NCBI GenBank assembly: GCA_951406725.2
Contig: OX597821.1
Span: forward strand, 38,688,001 to 38,752,000
Direction of reading: 5' to 3'
Origin: Octopus vulgaris
Lineage: Eukaryota
Length of the DNA stretch: 64,000 nt
Positions 39,406 to 52,203 of this stretch are shown here, piece by piece; position 1 is the stretch's first letter; each line of letters opens with the position of its first letter. The translations under genes and the position numbers were made by a program. The notes under the pieces were generated by a model. It was not told where the DNA came from and made no database searches. It saw only the letters and a list, made by a program, of their open reading frames with translations.

Positions 39406-39825
39406 TTAATCAAACAGTTTTGTGTAAATACGAGGAGATTCTTCTGTCATTTTATTCATCCCTCCAGGGCTTGATGCTAATAACATATATCTCTTCTCAT
39501 GCATTTTAAGGACTGAAAGTGTAGCAGATTCGGAATAGTTTCTGAGAATATGTACTTTTAAGTCTTTTTCAAAATTGCAGCTGTTTGATGCAAAATGTTC
39601 AGCAAGTTCTGCCAAACGACTGTTATTGTGCCTGACGTCATATCTGTGGCCATTGAATCTTTTGTTTGATTGTTCTGTTGTGCAGCCAACATAAATCAAG
39701 TTTTGCTTCATGCATTCTGCCATGTATACCAAATGGGAATCTATACACATAAAACCTTCCGTATAAATCATAGCATTTCTGTTATGATTCCTCATGGAAT
39801 TCACTTGACTCATGTTGTTGAACAA
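39406..39825 (-). pseudogene. Penelope GIY-YIG endonuclease domain, copy 1
   Basis: LVYMAEC....IYVGCT......RFNGHR...LAEHF...GMN. Confidence 0.85.
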
Positions 39826-40294
39826 TGAACAGGGCTCTCTTGCAGCTGCTTTTCAAGGTACAGCATGCAGAAACTCCACTGTTAATTTTCTTGAAGTCAG
39901 ATGCAGAGGTAATAATAAAGAGGTTTATTCCATCTGAAGGCTACAATATGTAACTGGAGAAATATAAGTTTGAAACAAGGATATTTTTCTGCATCAGGCT
40001 GCTAACTTTCATGTAACACTTTTGAAATGCCAGCGATATTTTTGTGCCAGTTAATCACTAAATGAATTCTGTCACATATTGTATTTTGTTTGCAAAATTA
40101 TGTGTGAAAGTTTGACTTTCCTTTCTAATCTTAGAATCTTGTAATTTGTAATCTCCTTTAATTGTGATTCACTGTAACTGCGTTTGATATAATGGCCTAC
40201 AAAAGCATTTGCATGTTTCCAGTAATCCCCTATATCAGTACAAATCCGTTTTAACCTCAAAAATTGGAATTTCGGATTTTACTGAATTATATGA

Positions 40295-40677
40295 TGTGCA
40301 ACAACATGAGTCAAGTCAATTCCATGAGGAATCATAACAGGAATGTTATGATTTATATGGAAAGTTGGATGTGTATAGATTCCCATTTGGTGTACATGGC
40401 AGAATGCATGAAGCACAACTTGATTTATGTTGGTTGCACAACAGAACAATTAAAGAAAAGATTCAATGGCCACAGATATGACATCAGACACAATAATAGT
40501 AGTTTGGCAGAACTTGCGGAATGTTTTGCATCAAACAGCTGCAATTTTGAAAAAGACTTAAAAGTACATATTCTCAGAAACTATTCTGAATCTGCTACAC
40601 TTTCAGTCCTTAAAATGCATGAGAAGAGATATATGTTATTAGCATCAAGCCCTGGAGGGATGAACAAAACGACATGA
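40295..40677 (+). pseudogene. Penelope GIY-YIG endonuclease domain, copy 2 (inverted)
   Basis: LVYMAECMKHNLIYVGCTTEQLKKRFNGHR. Confidence 0.85.
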
Positions 40678-41070
40678 GAATCTCCTCATATTTACACAAA
40701 ACTGTTTGATTAAGTATTCTGTTCTCTTTTCTTTTTTCTGGTTTTTTTCTTTCTTTTTCTTTTTGCCAGTTGTAAACTTGAAAACTGAAGACTGATGATA
40801 GAATTCCATCAACATGGGAATACTGGTTGCCTCGTTCAGATTTTGAATTTGAATTTCCATAATTCTGAATTTCTATGTTATCACTTTTCATTTTGAACTC
40901 AATAAAGACAGGCTAGCTGTCACAGTATCGCTCAAACAATAAAACATCTATCGTAATCGCATCTCACTCATCGTATTGTCTATCTACTTTTGTGAGGTGT
41001 TATGTCAATCCTTTTAAATTATTATTATTATTATTATCATCATCATCATCATCATCATCATTATTATTAT

Positions 41071-41384
41071 TCCTTCGTAACACAGTGTAGGTAAAAATGC
41101 ACAGGAGTCTTTAGTCATGTGTCAAGACACAACAAGAACCTCAGACAGATAATACTTTCCTTATGATATGTGCTGTGCCCAATAAGGCTGCTTTTTGCAA
41201 GACATCAATCTTGCATGGGATTTCGAGCTGCCTTAAGAAGTTTTGAAGTTTCAGTGGGATTGAGTTCAACCCTCCGATCACTTTTACATTACCCTCTCAC
41301 ATTCCATACATTCTTGCCATTTCCACCTTCAATTTGGTGTACCTGGTGACTTTTTCAACCTCTTTACTCACAGCATTCATGCCC
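41071..41384 (-). mobile_element. R4/Dong-clade LINE 3' end, second subfamily
   Basis: KEVEKVTRYTKLKVEMARM...VIGGL...LQKAALLGTAHIIRKVL; (TAA)n on both sides. Confidence 0.8.
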
Positions 41385-42064
41385 ATTATTATTATTATTA
41401 TTATTATTATCATCATCATCATCATCCTTAGCAGCAGCAGCAGCAATATTGCATTACCAAAGCCTGAATTTACAATGTTTTGCTTCCTTCCTTGCAATCA
41501 AGTTGACTTTCTTTCCACTACAGTTAAACTCTAAAGGATGAAATTTTTTTCTTCCATAGGAATATGAAGATATTTTAGGTAAACGGTGACAACTGTCTCA
41601 ACAAACCAGTCGAGAAAACTCGATGTAAGGAAAGAGGTGAAAATAAAGTTGTGTTAAGTGTGTTATTTGCTTAATTTTTAACATGAGTAATTATTTTTAC
41701 ATAATTTAGAAATACATCATTCAATTTCACACAGCGGTAACTGATCTGTCACAATAAATATTCAAACTCATCTGTTTTGAATCCGATCTCAAGAAATAAC
41801 GATACAAGTGAAAGTAAAACTGCATTGTTAACACTTTTTTTTACAAAACATGACTCAAGTCTGCAGGAAAGCCTGAAGTCAGAACTGCAAACTAACAAAT
41901 TTCTTATCAGTTTTACTGTTTATTACAAGGAACTATTTTAACTTTGATGGTAGGAATACTGTATGAACAATAAGGTACAGACTATTTGATAGCATTTAAC
42001 TAATTGTAGGTTTCATTTCTCTGAGTCTCTCTTGGTTATAACAATGAGTATTCAAGTTGGTTTG

Positions 42065-42330
42065 ATCAATGAAACAGACAGTTCATGGAATTAATGTGCA
42101 TGTGGCTAAGCACTACACAAGCATGCATACCATTAACATAGCTGTGAGGGAGATTCAATATGACACAGGATGTGATGAGGCTGGCCCCTTTTGAATTACA
42201 TGTATATCTCCTTTTTTCCAGCTGAATTAACTGGAACAATGTGAAATAAAGTGTTTTGCTCAAAGACAGCTACCAGGAATGAAACCTTATGATTGTGAGC
42301 CAAATATCCTAATCCCTAAGCTATGCACCA
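42065..42330 (-). mobile_element. Diverged SINE family B
   Basis: tgaaataaagtgttttgctcaa...ccctaagctatgcac. Confidence 0.6.
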
Positions 42331-43128
42331 GTAGGCTTCATAATTAAGTATAAATTAATTTCATCTCTGTTAGTACTCCACCATTTGGTACTTTCTGTAC
42401 TTTAAATAGATTTTTTTGCAAGCAATTCATGGGGAAATTATGACCCAGAAATTTCAAGGTTAACTTTCAAGGTGACTTGAGGGGTTAATTGGAAAATACT
42501 ATCTTGGAACTTAATTAAGAAATTGTAACCTGGGCAATTGTAGAAATTTCAAGGCAGATTATGAGTAATATCTTCGAAAAGTTACAAAATATTAAAACAA
42601 TCAAAGTGAATTAAGATGCAAAACTAGATAATAATAAGAAATTATTTGCTGGAGTAAAAGAAAGTTTGATGTGACTTGGCGTGAAACTTTAATCTGCAAG
42701 ACACAAATTAAGTTGTTCAGTGATTGAACCTTGAAATAAAATATATAATCTCAAATATTTTACTTCAATACACTGCATCCCCATATAAATATCATTGCTG
42801 TTTGATTGTCTATTTTCCATGATCAGGAGAGACTACTTTGAAGGAGAATTTTCCATGATAGGATGCAATTCATTACACCAACCCTAATTTCCAAGTAAGG
42901 TAATAATCCCTAAGTCAACCAAAGAATAATCAGCCCTGGTATGCTTTTGTGGAGGACAGCAAGCAAATAGCACTCTGAATTGGTGTTGAGGAATTTGTTT
43001 ACTATCAAAGCATACACATATGAAGGTGAGGGGAAATAAATACAAACTCATTCAAACAAATACATGCACATACACACAGAAACATATGCACACATACACA
43101 CATGCATGCATATATACATGTATGTATG

Positions 43129-43179
<51 letters not shown>

Positions 43180-44278
43180 GCAACACTTCTTATGTCCATC
43201 TCCTATGTTTCTGCCTTTAGGCTTTCACTTCATATACAGCAGCTCAATTTGATTCGTTCTCAGTCGAAAGACACCTGTTGTTATATTCTTGTTGTTTGTA
43301 TTTGTAATTGTGTACCCATGTTCTCAGTTTTTTTGTCTTTGTTGCCATATACATTTGCTAGCTTTCTTACAAAAAATCTAATGCTATTAGCTAAGACTTT
43401 TTGGGGGGGCAACCAGATCGAACTGTCTCAAGTGTAACTGCCCGAAACAGTAAGGACACCAGGTAACTTGGCTGAAGAAAGACGGCCATGAATGACCTGT
43501 CATTTTTTTTTCTCCTGTCCTTCTAATTGTTGTTTCTCCTGTCCAGTGTTGTATCGTCCATCTGTTCAAATGTTTTATTGTCACATATTGCATTTTTGTT
43601 TCATTTTTTTTATATACATATATATGAATGACAGGCTTCTTCCAGCCTCCATCTATTGGACACCCTACAGCTGTATTAGAAGACACCAGGCAAATTCATC
43701 CACATTGTGGAACCGAATACCTAACCACATGTAATTCCAAAGTGAACATTGAAACAACCCAACTATGCCTCTACCTAAAGTAAATTGGAAACCAAACATG
43801 CAAACTTCTATAATTGAATTGAAGTACAATGATACAAGTTACATTATTTAAGAATTTAAAACCAATTTTAATAAATAATCTCAGAGTTTGCAGTCTTGAA
43901 AATCAGTTCCAAAGTTGAATTCTAGGGTAAACTTTCATTTACATTGAGGAACAGTGAAAATTTGTGTAGTGTTGCAGATATTGTGCCTGCCTCTATTTGC
44001 TCATTAACAGCACAACATTGGAATAATGTCCTTTTGTTGTCTCATTAATGGTGATTTATGAAGCACTTTCTTGTAATTTTTCTCTTTTTATTGGGTGAGT
44101 GCAAGAATTTTATATTTTCATTTAAACTTCTCTTCCTTTTAACATTTAAAATAATGTTATTTAGCTTTCAAAACAACAATCAATAAATATTGGGTTTTTT
44201 TTTGTTATTTTTTGGGGAGAGAAATTCTTTCAATCATAGTTCTCAAATCATCTGCTGCTATTATTATTATTATTATTA

Positions 44279-44333
<55 letters not shown>

Positions 44334-44704
44334 ACAACAAGTGAGATGAATGAATGGTTCACCTGCTTTATATTGTTCTGAGCTGTCCTTGTATTCTAGA
44401 AAGGCAACTACAGCTATGAAATGACATGTCATGTATTTGATATAATCTTACGCTTCTGAACATAGAAAAATCTGTCACCTTGAACAGAGTTCTGTGTGTT
44501 TGAGTATAAAGCAGATCAGAGGCAGGAGAGACGAGAGCAAGCGAATGAGAATGACCATCATTGAGTTTATCATGACATGATATATTGTGGTCGTCATTGG
44601 TCACTCACTCATATCAACATAATAGTTTGGTTGACTGAATTTCAAACATCAAGTTGTATTAGTGAAAGCCAGGAAGATTTATATTAACAGACTCTGAAAC
44701 AGAA

Positions 44705-44742
<38 letters not shown>

Positions 44743-45724
44743 ATACCTCATCTTTCACATTCTGCCCCTTTCTCACTAAAGATGGCACTAATTATTCAGA
44801 AGACAACAAACTATGAAGTCAACATCAAAGTAGCCATTGTCACATCGTCAACTAATTACTGCAAACAAAAACAACAACAAAGCAAACAAATTTTTTAAAA
44901 CTCTTCTAACTCCACACATTATTTACTGTATAAAATTTTAAAATTACTGCTTCTTTTAATGGAGTGACTTAGGTAAAATACTCAGGGATTCCTGCTGCTT
45001 AAAAAATAAATAGTTAAGTGGCACTGATATAATTAATGTAGTGGAATAAGAAATTTTAATTATTACTATTACACTTATAACAAAGAAGAAACTTTTATGG
45101 TAATTATTAATGCTAATCAGTGTGAGAAGGGCAGGGGAGATGACTCTTGGAATTTTAAGTAAAATTAATCAAAACAGACTTTAGTTGGGAGTGAATATGA
45201 TTTTTTCCCATACAGATACAAATCAAACATGTTTCATTGTTATTAGACCTCCTTAACAATGCATAGTCTAATCATTACCAACAAATCATTTTAAGAGCAA
45301 ATATATAGTAAGTAAAATGAAAATAAGATAGTATTCAGCTCATGTACTTTCAGTATTGATTTAGCTATTTATCCAACTCTGACCAATGTTTTCCTGGGGT
45401 TACAAGCTACAGAAGCATTGAACCTTAAGGGTTAGCCACATTTAGGTGGCAAATATACTTCACAATCTGTTAATGTTTCGAGACTAAACAGCCTCAGAAA
45501 CGTTGGCAATTTTCAAACATAAGTCATTTCAAGTCCCTAAGTAATCCAGACACTTCTGTCATGGCATGAGAATCATTGACTTACTTTCATCATTCAGTAA
45601 TTTACCTGATTTCGAATCTTGCTGAAGTCAACTTCACCTTTCATTCCTTTGAGCTCAATAAAATATAGTACAAAAGAAATACTGAGGTTAATTTAATCAG
45701 GTAATTCACGTCCACAATATTTTT

Positions 45725-45998
45725 GCCAGCGCCACCTTGACTGGCTTCCGTGCCGGTGGCACGTAAAAAGCACCAATCCGATCGTGGCAGTTGCCAGCCT
45801 TGCCTGGCACGTAAAAAGCACCCACTACACTCACAGAGTGGTTGGTATTAGGAAGGGCATCCAGCTGTAGAAACACTGCCAGATCAGACTGGAGCCTGGT
45901 GCATTCCTCTGGCTTCCCAGATCCCGGTCGAACCATACAACCCATGCTAGCATGGAGAATGGATGTTAAACGATGAGGATGATAATGATGATGATGAT
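45725..45998 (+). mobile_element. RTE LINE 3' UTR with (GAT)n tail
   Basis: ggtggcacgtaaaaagcacc units and the conserved terminus. Confidence 0.85.
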
Positions 45999-47789
45999 TA
46001 TTCTTATTTTAAAAACAATTATGAAATATTTCCCTGCTTGTATGGAGGGTGATTGAGATTGATGTGATTGACATGATTGACATGATTGACATTCCGCCTG
46101 AACTGCTGTCAGTTGATGGATGTTTGGAAATCATGCACAGCTGGATGGTTTTAGTAAGTGTGGTGGAAGAGCTGGGTTTTGTGGTTAGTGAAGGACTGCG
46201 GTGGGTCAACACAATATGAACAATGAGAAGAAGGAATAAGAGTCAAGAGTGTCTGAGTAGAGATGGCATGAGATCTGCCATCTTGTGAAAGTAGAAGCCA
46301 CTTTACTAACAGTAGAAAAGACAAAGTGCAGACACAGATTCATAGACCTTATAGTTAGTTGGGTTGAGTAATCTTTAATTTATGCCCATCATGGTGGAAG
46401 TGTTAAGTTTGGACATAAATTGCTTCTCCCTATGTTTGCAGGAATGTAGTTCTCCATTGTTTTCACTAACTTAGGGTAGAAGGGATGTTGCCTGTTTTTT
46501 TCACAGCATCACATTACTTTGATTCTTTTTTCTAAATCCTTTCATAAACAGAAATTCTTTATAACAAAAGGGTAATCCTTAATATTACAAGTGAAAAAAA
46601 GAAACCACAATAACAGAATAAAATGGAAGCACACATGACAGTAAACATTCTAAAGAAACAAAATGTAATTCTTCAAATAGGCATATTATTTTTTGTTTGA
46701 GTAAATATATAATTATACATAATATAGATTTAACATGGATACAATTATTTGATCCAATATAAGAGTGATTCCAACAGATTGTTCATGTGGAAGTAACAAA
46801 ACAGGAAATCATAAATGCAACCATCAAAGAGAATCTGGAGGCATCAATACAATAATAGATCCAACAATACCATCCTTGTTAAATATTTATTTCATACAAT
46901 TATGTATTTTTAGTTTACACTCAAAGAAACACGGTTAAATACACACACATACATGCATACGCACACACACATGCACACACATACGCACCCACATTTATAC
47001 AAGATGTGTGTGTGTGTGTGTGTGTGTGTTTGTATTCTGTTTCAGTTTCTCTTTTATGTTGTCTTTTTTTAATTTTTAGCTGTCATATGGAGGATCAGCC
47101 AAATCTGCTTTGTAAATATTCTTTAATGAAACCATCTCTGAGAAATTGGATGTCTGCCATGAAATGTCCTTAAGGAAAATTCTGAGCATCATTGTGAAGT
47201 GTTCAAGATATGAGACAAAGAATGTGACTGGTTGGTCACATCTGTGGCAGTCAGATTATCTAAAGGCAAAAGCAGCACTGAAATAGATAACAATAAGAGG
47301 AATTAAAAGACTAGGAAGACCACTGGCTACATTTCAGGAAGTACAGAAAGCTGTTAAGAGACAAACATTGGGAAAATCTAGACCTTGCAAAGAAAAGAGG
47401 GAAAACCTGCTGCAAGAGGGGCTGACATATACAAGATGACTGAATGTCTGACATCTATTATTATTATTATTGTATACTTCCATTTTAGACATGGCTATTC
47501 TTTTTGTCTTCAACTTCCTCAGTTATTTTAACTATAGACCAACTTCCATGCCTCACCCACCGGCACCCCAATAACTATATTCTTCAAAAGGATGGAATGT
47601 ATGGTTGCATGCTATGCCTCTGTATTAGAATACACTCTCAGAAATGCGCTATAGAATGTCTAAGTTATTGTGACATTGTCTGTTAACAAGGTTCCTTGTA
47701 CCAAAGTTATTAAGTATAAGTACATCATAAAGGTTATCGTTAAATCATAAACCCTAATCAGACCAAGGCCCCTGCAGTAGGGGCTGTTC

Positions 47790-48530
47790 AAATCCCTTCT
47801 AGAGGAAGTAGGCACTGTCAATGGTAATCTCTTTGAAAAGCTGTCCTGATGTCAAACATTTTTTACAGCATCATGGTGAGGAATTTTGTGAAGAATTAAG
47901 TAATCCATTCTGGTTAGGTGTTTCATTGTTTTTGAAGAATATCACAAGAATGTTTTATAATCTTTTTTCCGAGGCTTTAAGGAGAAATGAACAGCATTTC
48001 ACAGATGGTGATTTCAATAAACGTATTTACAATCAAGTTAAAGTCATGGAAATTGCAGATAACAAAGAAAAAATCTTCAACATTTCCCAAGTTTAAGAGA
48101 TTGCACTTGCAGACTGCTTCCACATTGAAAGCCAATCAATATATAGATAATCTCCAAAAGATACTGATAACTTCCAGGAGTGAGTTATTGATCTCAACAC
48201 TGTGGTAGGTCCATTTCCATTTCTCTTGAACCCATTTATGCAATATACCACTAAATACACAATTTATTGTTCCTCAAACAGAAACTTCCTTTCAAATTAG
48301 ACAAAATTCGGATAAAAATGGAAATTATTATTTTATGAATTGAATTGGAATAAAGAAGTCAAGCAGTCGACCAGTAGTCTCTATTCATTTAGTTGATTCA
48401 TGAAGATTCCCTCCTCTTTAAAGAATATGGTTCTACTTATATTTGTAAATCAAGGTTTACAACAATGAACATTTTATAATAATTCATGAGGTGCATGCAA
48501 AACAGAGAATCCCAACAATAGTCTTTCTAT
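47790..48530 (+). pseudogene. Decayed hAT transposase (Charlie/SPIN/GTF2IRD2-like) C-terminal half
   Basis: VKHFL...ELSNPFWL..LFLKNIT, KLKSWK..., FLLNPF and GSTYICKSRFTTM (hAT dimerisation motif) occur in order with frameshifts. Confidence 0.75.
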
Positions 48531-49074
48531 AGACTCTCAAAAGGTTCTGGCAGGTACTTGATTGTTGTTGTTGTTGTTGGTGTTTCATCTTTCATCGGCG
48601 AACATCACTTCCCTTTAGATGACGTCTGTTCATAAGACACGTGATACAGCGATGTAAGGGGGCTTATGAATACACACATCAGCTAAAGCAGGGGTAGGGG
48701 TGGTAGATCTCCTCTGATAATGAAAAATAACACTGATCGAATATTCACATTCAGATTGCTTATATCAGATTCAAGAATGAATAAATATGCTATTGAAAAT
48801 TATTAAATATAAAAGCAGATCATGACTCCGATGCCTATCTTTGTGACTACATGAGAATGGCACAAACAACAGGAATCAGACAAAGTTTTGCTAAAGAAAT
48901 GTACTCTCAGGATTCCATTGAAACATTTCCTCAGCTCATATTTCAGAGTAAAGCCATTTATGGTTTGTTCACATAAGTGTATGTCATATGATCTGTAATT
49001 CTTTTGTGTTTCAGTTTGCACAAATATTAAGGTATTTACAGAATCTCACGTGTAACAAGTGGTTCTTTTTAAAG

Positions 49075-49877
49075 GTTGGAAGACCTTGATTTAGATTCTG
49101 CTTCATTGGATTACACTTTGATTTTAGCTAAAAGGCCAGCCGATAAGTGCCACACCTTAGTGGTTGAGGGAACCTGTGGAAGAGGTAGACTCAGCAAGAC
49201 CTGGGATGAGGTGGTGAAGCACGACCTTCAAACATTGGGCCTCACCAAGGCAATGACTAGTGACCAGGACCTTTGGAAATATTCTGTGCTTGAGAAGACT
49301 CAGCAAGCCAAATGAGACCATAACCTCTTGGCCTATGCCAGGGGTGTAACTAGCTCACTTATGCGTACCTTTCCTTCATTGGACACTAAGCTCTGCTTGC
49401 GAAGACCTGTTGAGGCAAGTGAAATTGATATTGAAATCAAATTTGATGACTGGCATCCGTGCTAGTGGAGTGCTAAGAGCACCATCCAAGCATGATCGTT
49501 GCCAGAACAGCTAACTGGCTTCCATACTGGTGGCATGTAAAAAGCACCATTCGAACATGACCATTACCTGCATCACCTTACTGGCGCTTGAGCTGGTGGC
49601 ATGCAAAAAAACATTCGAGTGAGGTCGTTGCCAGTGCCACTGGACTGGCTACTGTGCAGGTGGCACATAAAAAGCACCATTTGAGCATGGCCGTTGCCAG
49701 TACCTCCTGACGGTGGCATGTAAAAGCACCCACTACCCTCTTCGAGTGGTTGGCATTAGGAAGGGCATCCAGCTGTAGAAACTCTGCCAGATCAGATTGG
49801 AGCCTGGTGCAGCCATCTGGTTTGCCAGACCTCAGTCAAATCGTCCAACCCATGCTAGCAAGGAAAGTGGATGTTAA

Positions 49878-49927
<50 letters not shown>

Positions 49928-50022
49928 TTATAACAAACTGCGAAGTGTACTGCTGTCCTCTTACAATAATAAGTTGAATTCATTGCTTGTGGATAACTTT
50001 GAGGAGGATGGGTTGTATCAAG
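49075..50022 (+). pseudogene. Putative 164-nt coding exon split by an RTE insertion
   Basis: Acceptor ttctttttaaAG|G at 49074/5 and donor caaG|GTAAGT at 50022/3. Joining 49075-49144 to 49929-50022 gives 54 open codons. Confidence 0.4.
49145..49925 (+). mobile_element. 5'-truncated RTE LINE: ORF C-terminus, full 3' UTR and (GAT)n tail
   Basis: KCHTLVVEGTCGRGRLSKTWDEVVKHDL...DLWK is the RTE C-terminus; this copy links the many short tails to an RTE ORF. Confidence 0.9.
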
Positions 50023-51935
50023 GTAAGTTTCACCACATGAAGATGAAATCTTTAATGATGCCACTATGATCGAAATGTCTTTCGGATTCACTAGCAATGG
50101 AATGGGCCTGCTTAGTGACTAATCAGCCTGCTAGGTATAGCAGACTAATCTCCCTCAAATTATACTTTACTTCCTTGAAAAAAGAAGGACACATTGGAAG
50201 ACATAATCTTGGAGACATTATCCTAAAAACAACATGGAATAGCCATGGCCAGAATGTTTTCAGTCACAGGTTTGACCTTTGAAGGATAATTCAGGACAAA
50301 AGAAGAAGAATAATAGAAGCAGCAGCAGCAACAACTGCTGCCACAAACACTGTTAGCCACAGCTACAGCAGATATTGAACTGCTGGCTCTTCAATTACAA
50401 ACTTCCTCTTTACTAGTGTTTTAGTCTCTGTAAAAAGAGCTTCTCCTTTTACTGGTTTTAATTTTACCAAATCTAAGAATAACCAACAAGCAAAGAACTT
50501 TCCTATTGATAAATATTTATTCCATCAGATATGTATATTCAGTAAGTGTTAATAAACAGACTATCTATAACTGTTTGAAATTTTCTGCAGGATTTATAAA
50601 TAAAAATATAATTTCATTTAAAATATATATTTACCTTTCAAAACAATGTTAGAGTTTACTTGCTTTTATGAGCATCCAATCTTTTCACTGCTTATAGCAC
50701 ACTGCTGTATATTCACTTGTGTTATTTCTATATAACTTTACTATTTTTGCATCTTATATGACTCTATTTCTATCTATTCTCAATTTTCTGAACTTACTGT
50801 AATCATAATACACTACCGATTAAAATTATGACAACTCACTTTCTAAAGTGAAGTTCACCTTTACTTTTATTATACATTTCTGAATTTATCATAGTTTTTT
50901 CTGTGAATTTTCCATGGGGTGCTGTCAAAGCAGTTCCACTTTCTTCTATTGATTTCATATTTGTCCAATATTTATTTCTATGATATAAATTATCTTAAAA
51001 AATATTTATTTAACAAAAGTTGCTCATGTTAATTCTCAGTGTAAATGAGATGGACAAGGTGTTGGCATCACACCATTCTTTCATAAGGAAAATATTTGGT
51101 TAGCTAATCAAGTTGGAATCGACTCAAAGGCTCACCTTTTATGTACACAAGTCCTACATTTGCTTAGTATAAAAGGAGGTAAAAATTAATCCAAAACTGA
51201 TATAAAGAAATCGTGATCCTCCATCTTATCATCATCGTCATCTTCATCATCGTCATCATCATCTTTGTCTCACTAGGATGAGAGAATAAGTGGTGCTCCA
51301 GTCTGGCACAAATCCAAACTGAATGTCATTTGAGCTAATTCTTTATCAAATCCGTTGCTCTTAAAACTTTTTATCTTACTTGCATTATCTGATCTTTCAG
51401 TTGATAGCATAAAAGTTGCTTCGTTCTAGAGCCTCTTCTTTGACCATACAGTAGTTTATGAGTTACCTGCTTCATTAACCATTTCCAGGTATGCAACTTT
51501 GTGGTCAGAGTCATTAGCTTGAACTCCATTTTGCCAGGTAATTTCAGCATCTCAGTAACTATCCTTGATTGCAATTCGACTTTCCCTGTCATCACCATCA
51601 ACCATGCAACTGTTAAATACAATAAATGGTTCTTCTATTGACTCTACTATGGCTAGTCTGTCTTCTTTCTGCATATTGCTGCACTTTCATTCTATACTTT
51701 CCTCATCAATATTTTGATTTTCACTGATTCACTACTTTGCAATATGGAACATCCTGGGTCACTCGTTATCTCATTGCATAACATTGGCAAATCTCTGGCT
51801 TTCAGCATCTCTCATTGCTATATATTCCTTGTTCCTCACTTACATTCAACCGTACCAAGACCATGTCTCAGCTTTTATGATTCCCTCGATTGCCTCATTC
51901 AACTACTAAACCACTTTACATTTAAAATCATTGTT

Positions 51936-52203
51936 TATCATTTAATGTCTGCTTTCCATGCTAGCATGGATTGGACGATTTTGACTGAGGGTTGGCGAAC
52001 CAGACGGCTGCACCAGGCACCAATCTTGATCTGGCAGATTTTCTACAGCTTGATGCCCTTCCTAATGCCAACTACTCCGAGAGTGTAGTGGGTGCTTTTT
52101 ACGTGCCACCGGCACCGGGCCAGTCAGCGATACTGGCAATGACCTCGATCAAATCGTTTTACACATGCCACTGGCACAAGTGCCAGTAAGGTGACGTTGG
52201 TCA
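51936..52203 (-). mobile_element. RTE LINE 3' UTR (minus)
   Basis: ccatgctagcatgg and gatgcccttcctaatgccaac. Confidence 0.85.

Larger units (their letters stand above)
39137..40982. mobile_element. Penelope-like element with inverted duplication of the GIY-YIG and 3' region
   Basis: Arms 39137-39824 and 40295-40982 are reverse complements; the spacer encodes the RT C-terminus on the minus strand (RLKRICTD...YIKRSY). Confidence 0.9.

Noticed and set aside
40790-40825. CTGATGA in the Penelope 3' region as a hammerhead
   Set aside because: No GAAA after the putative stem II in either inverted copy.
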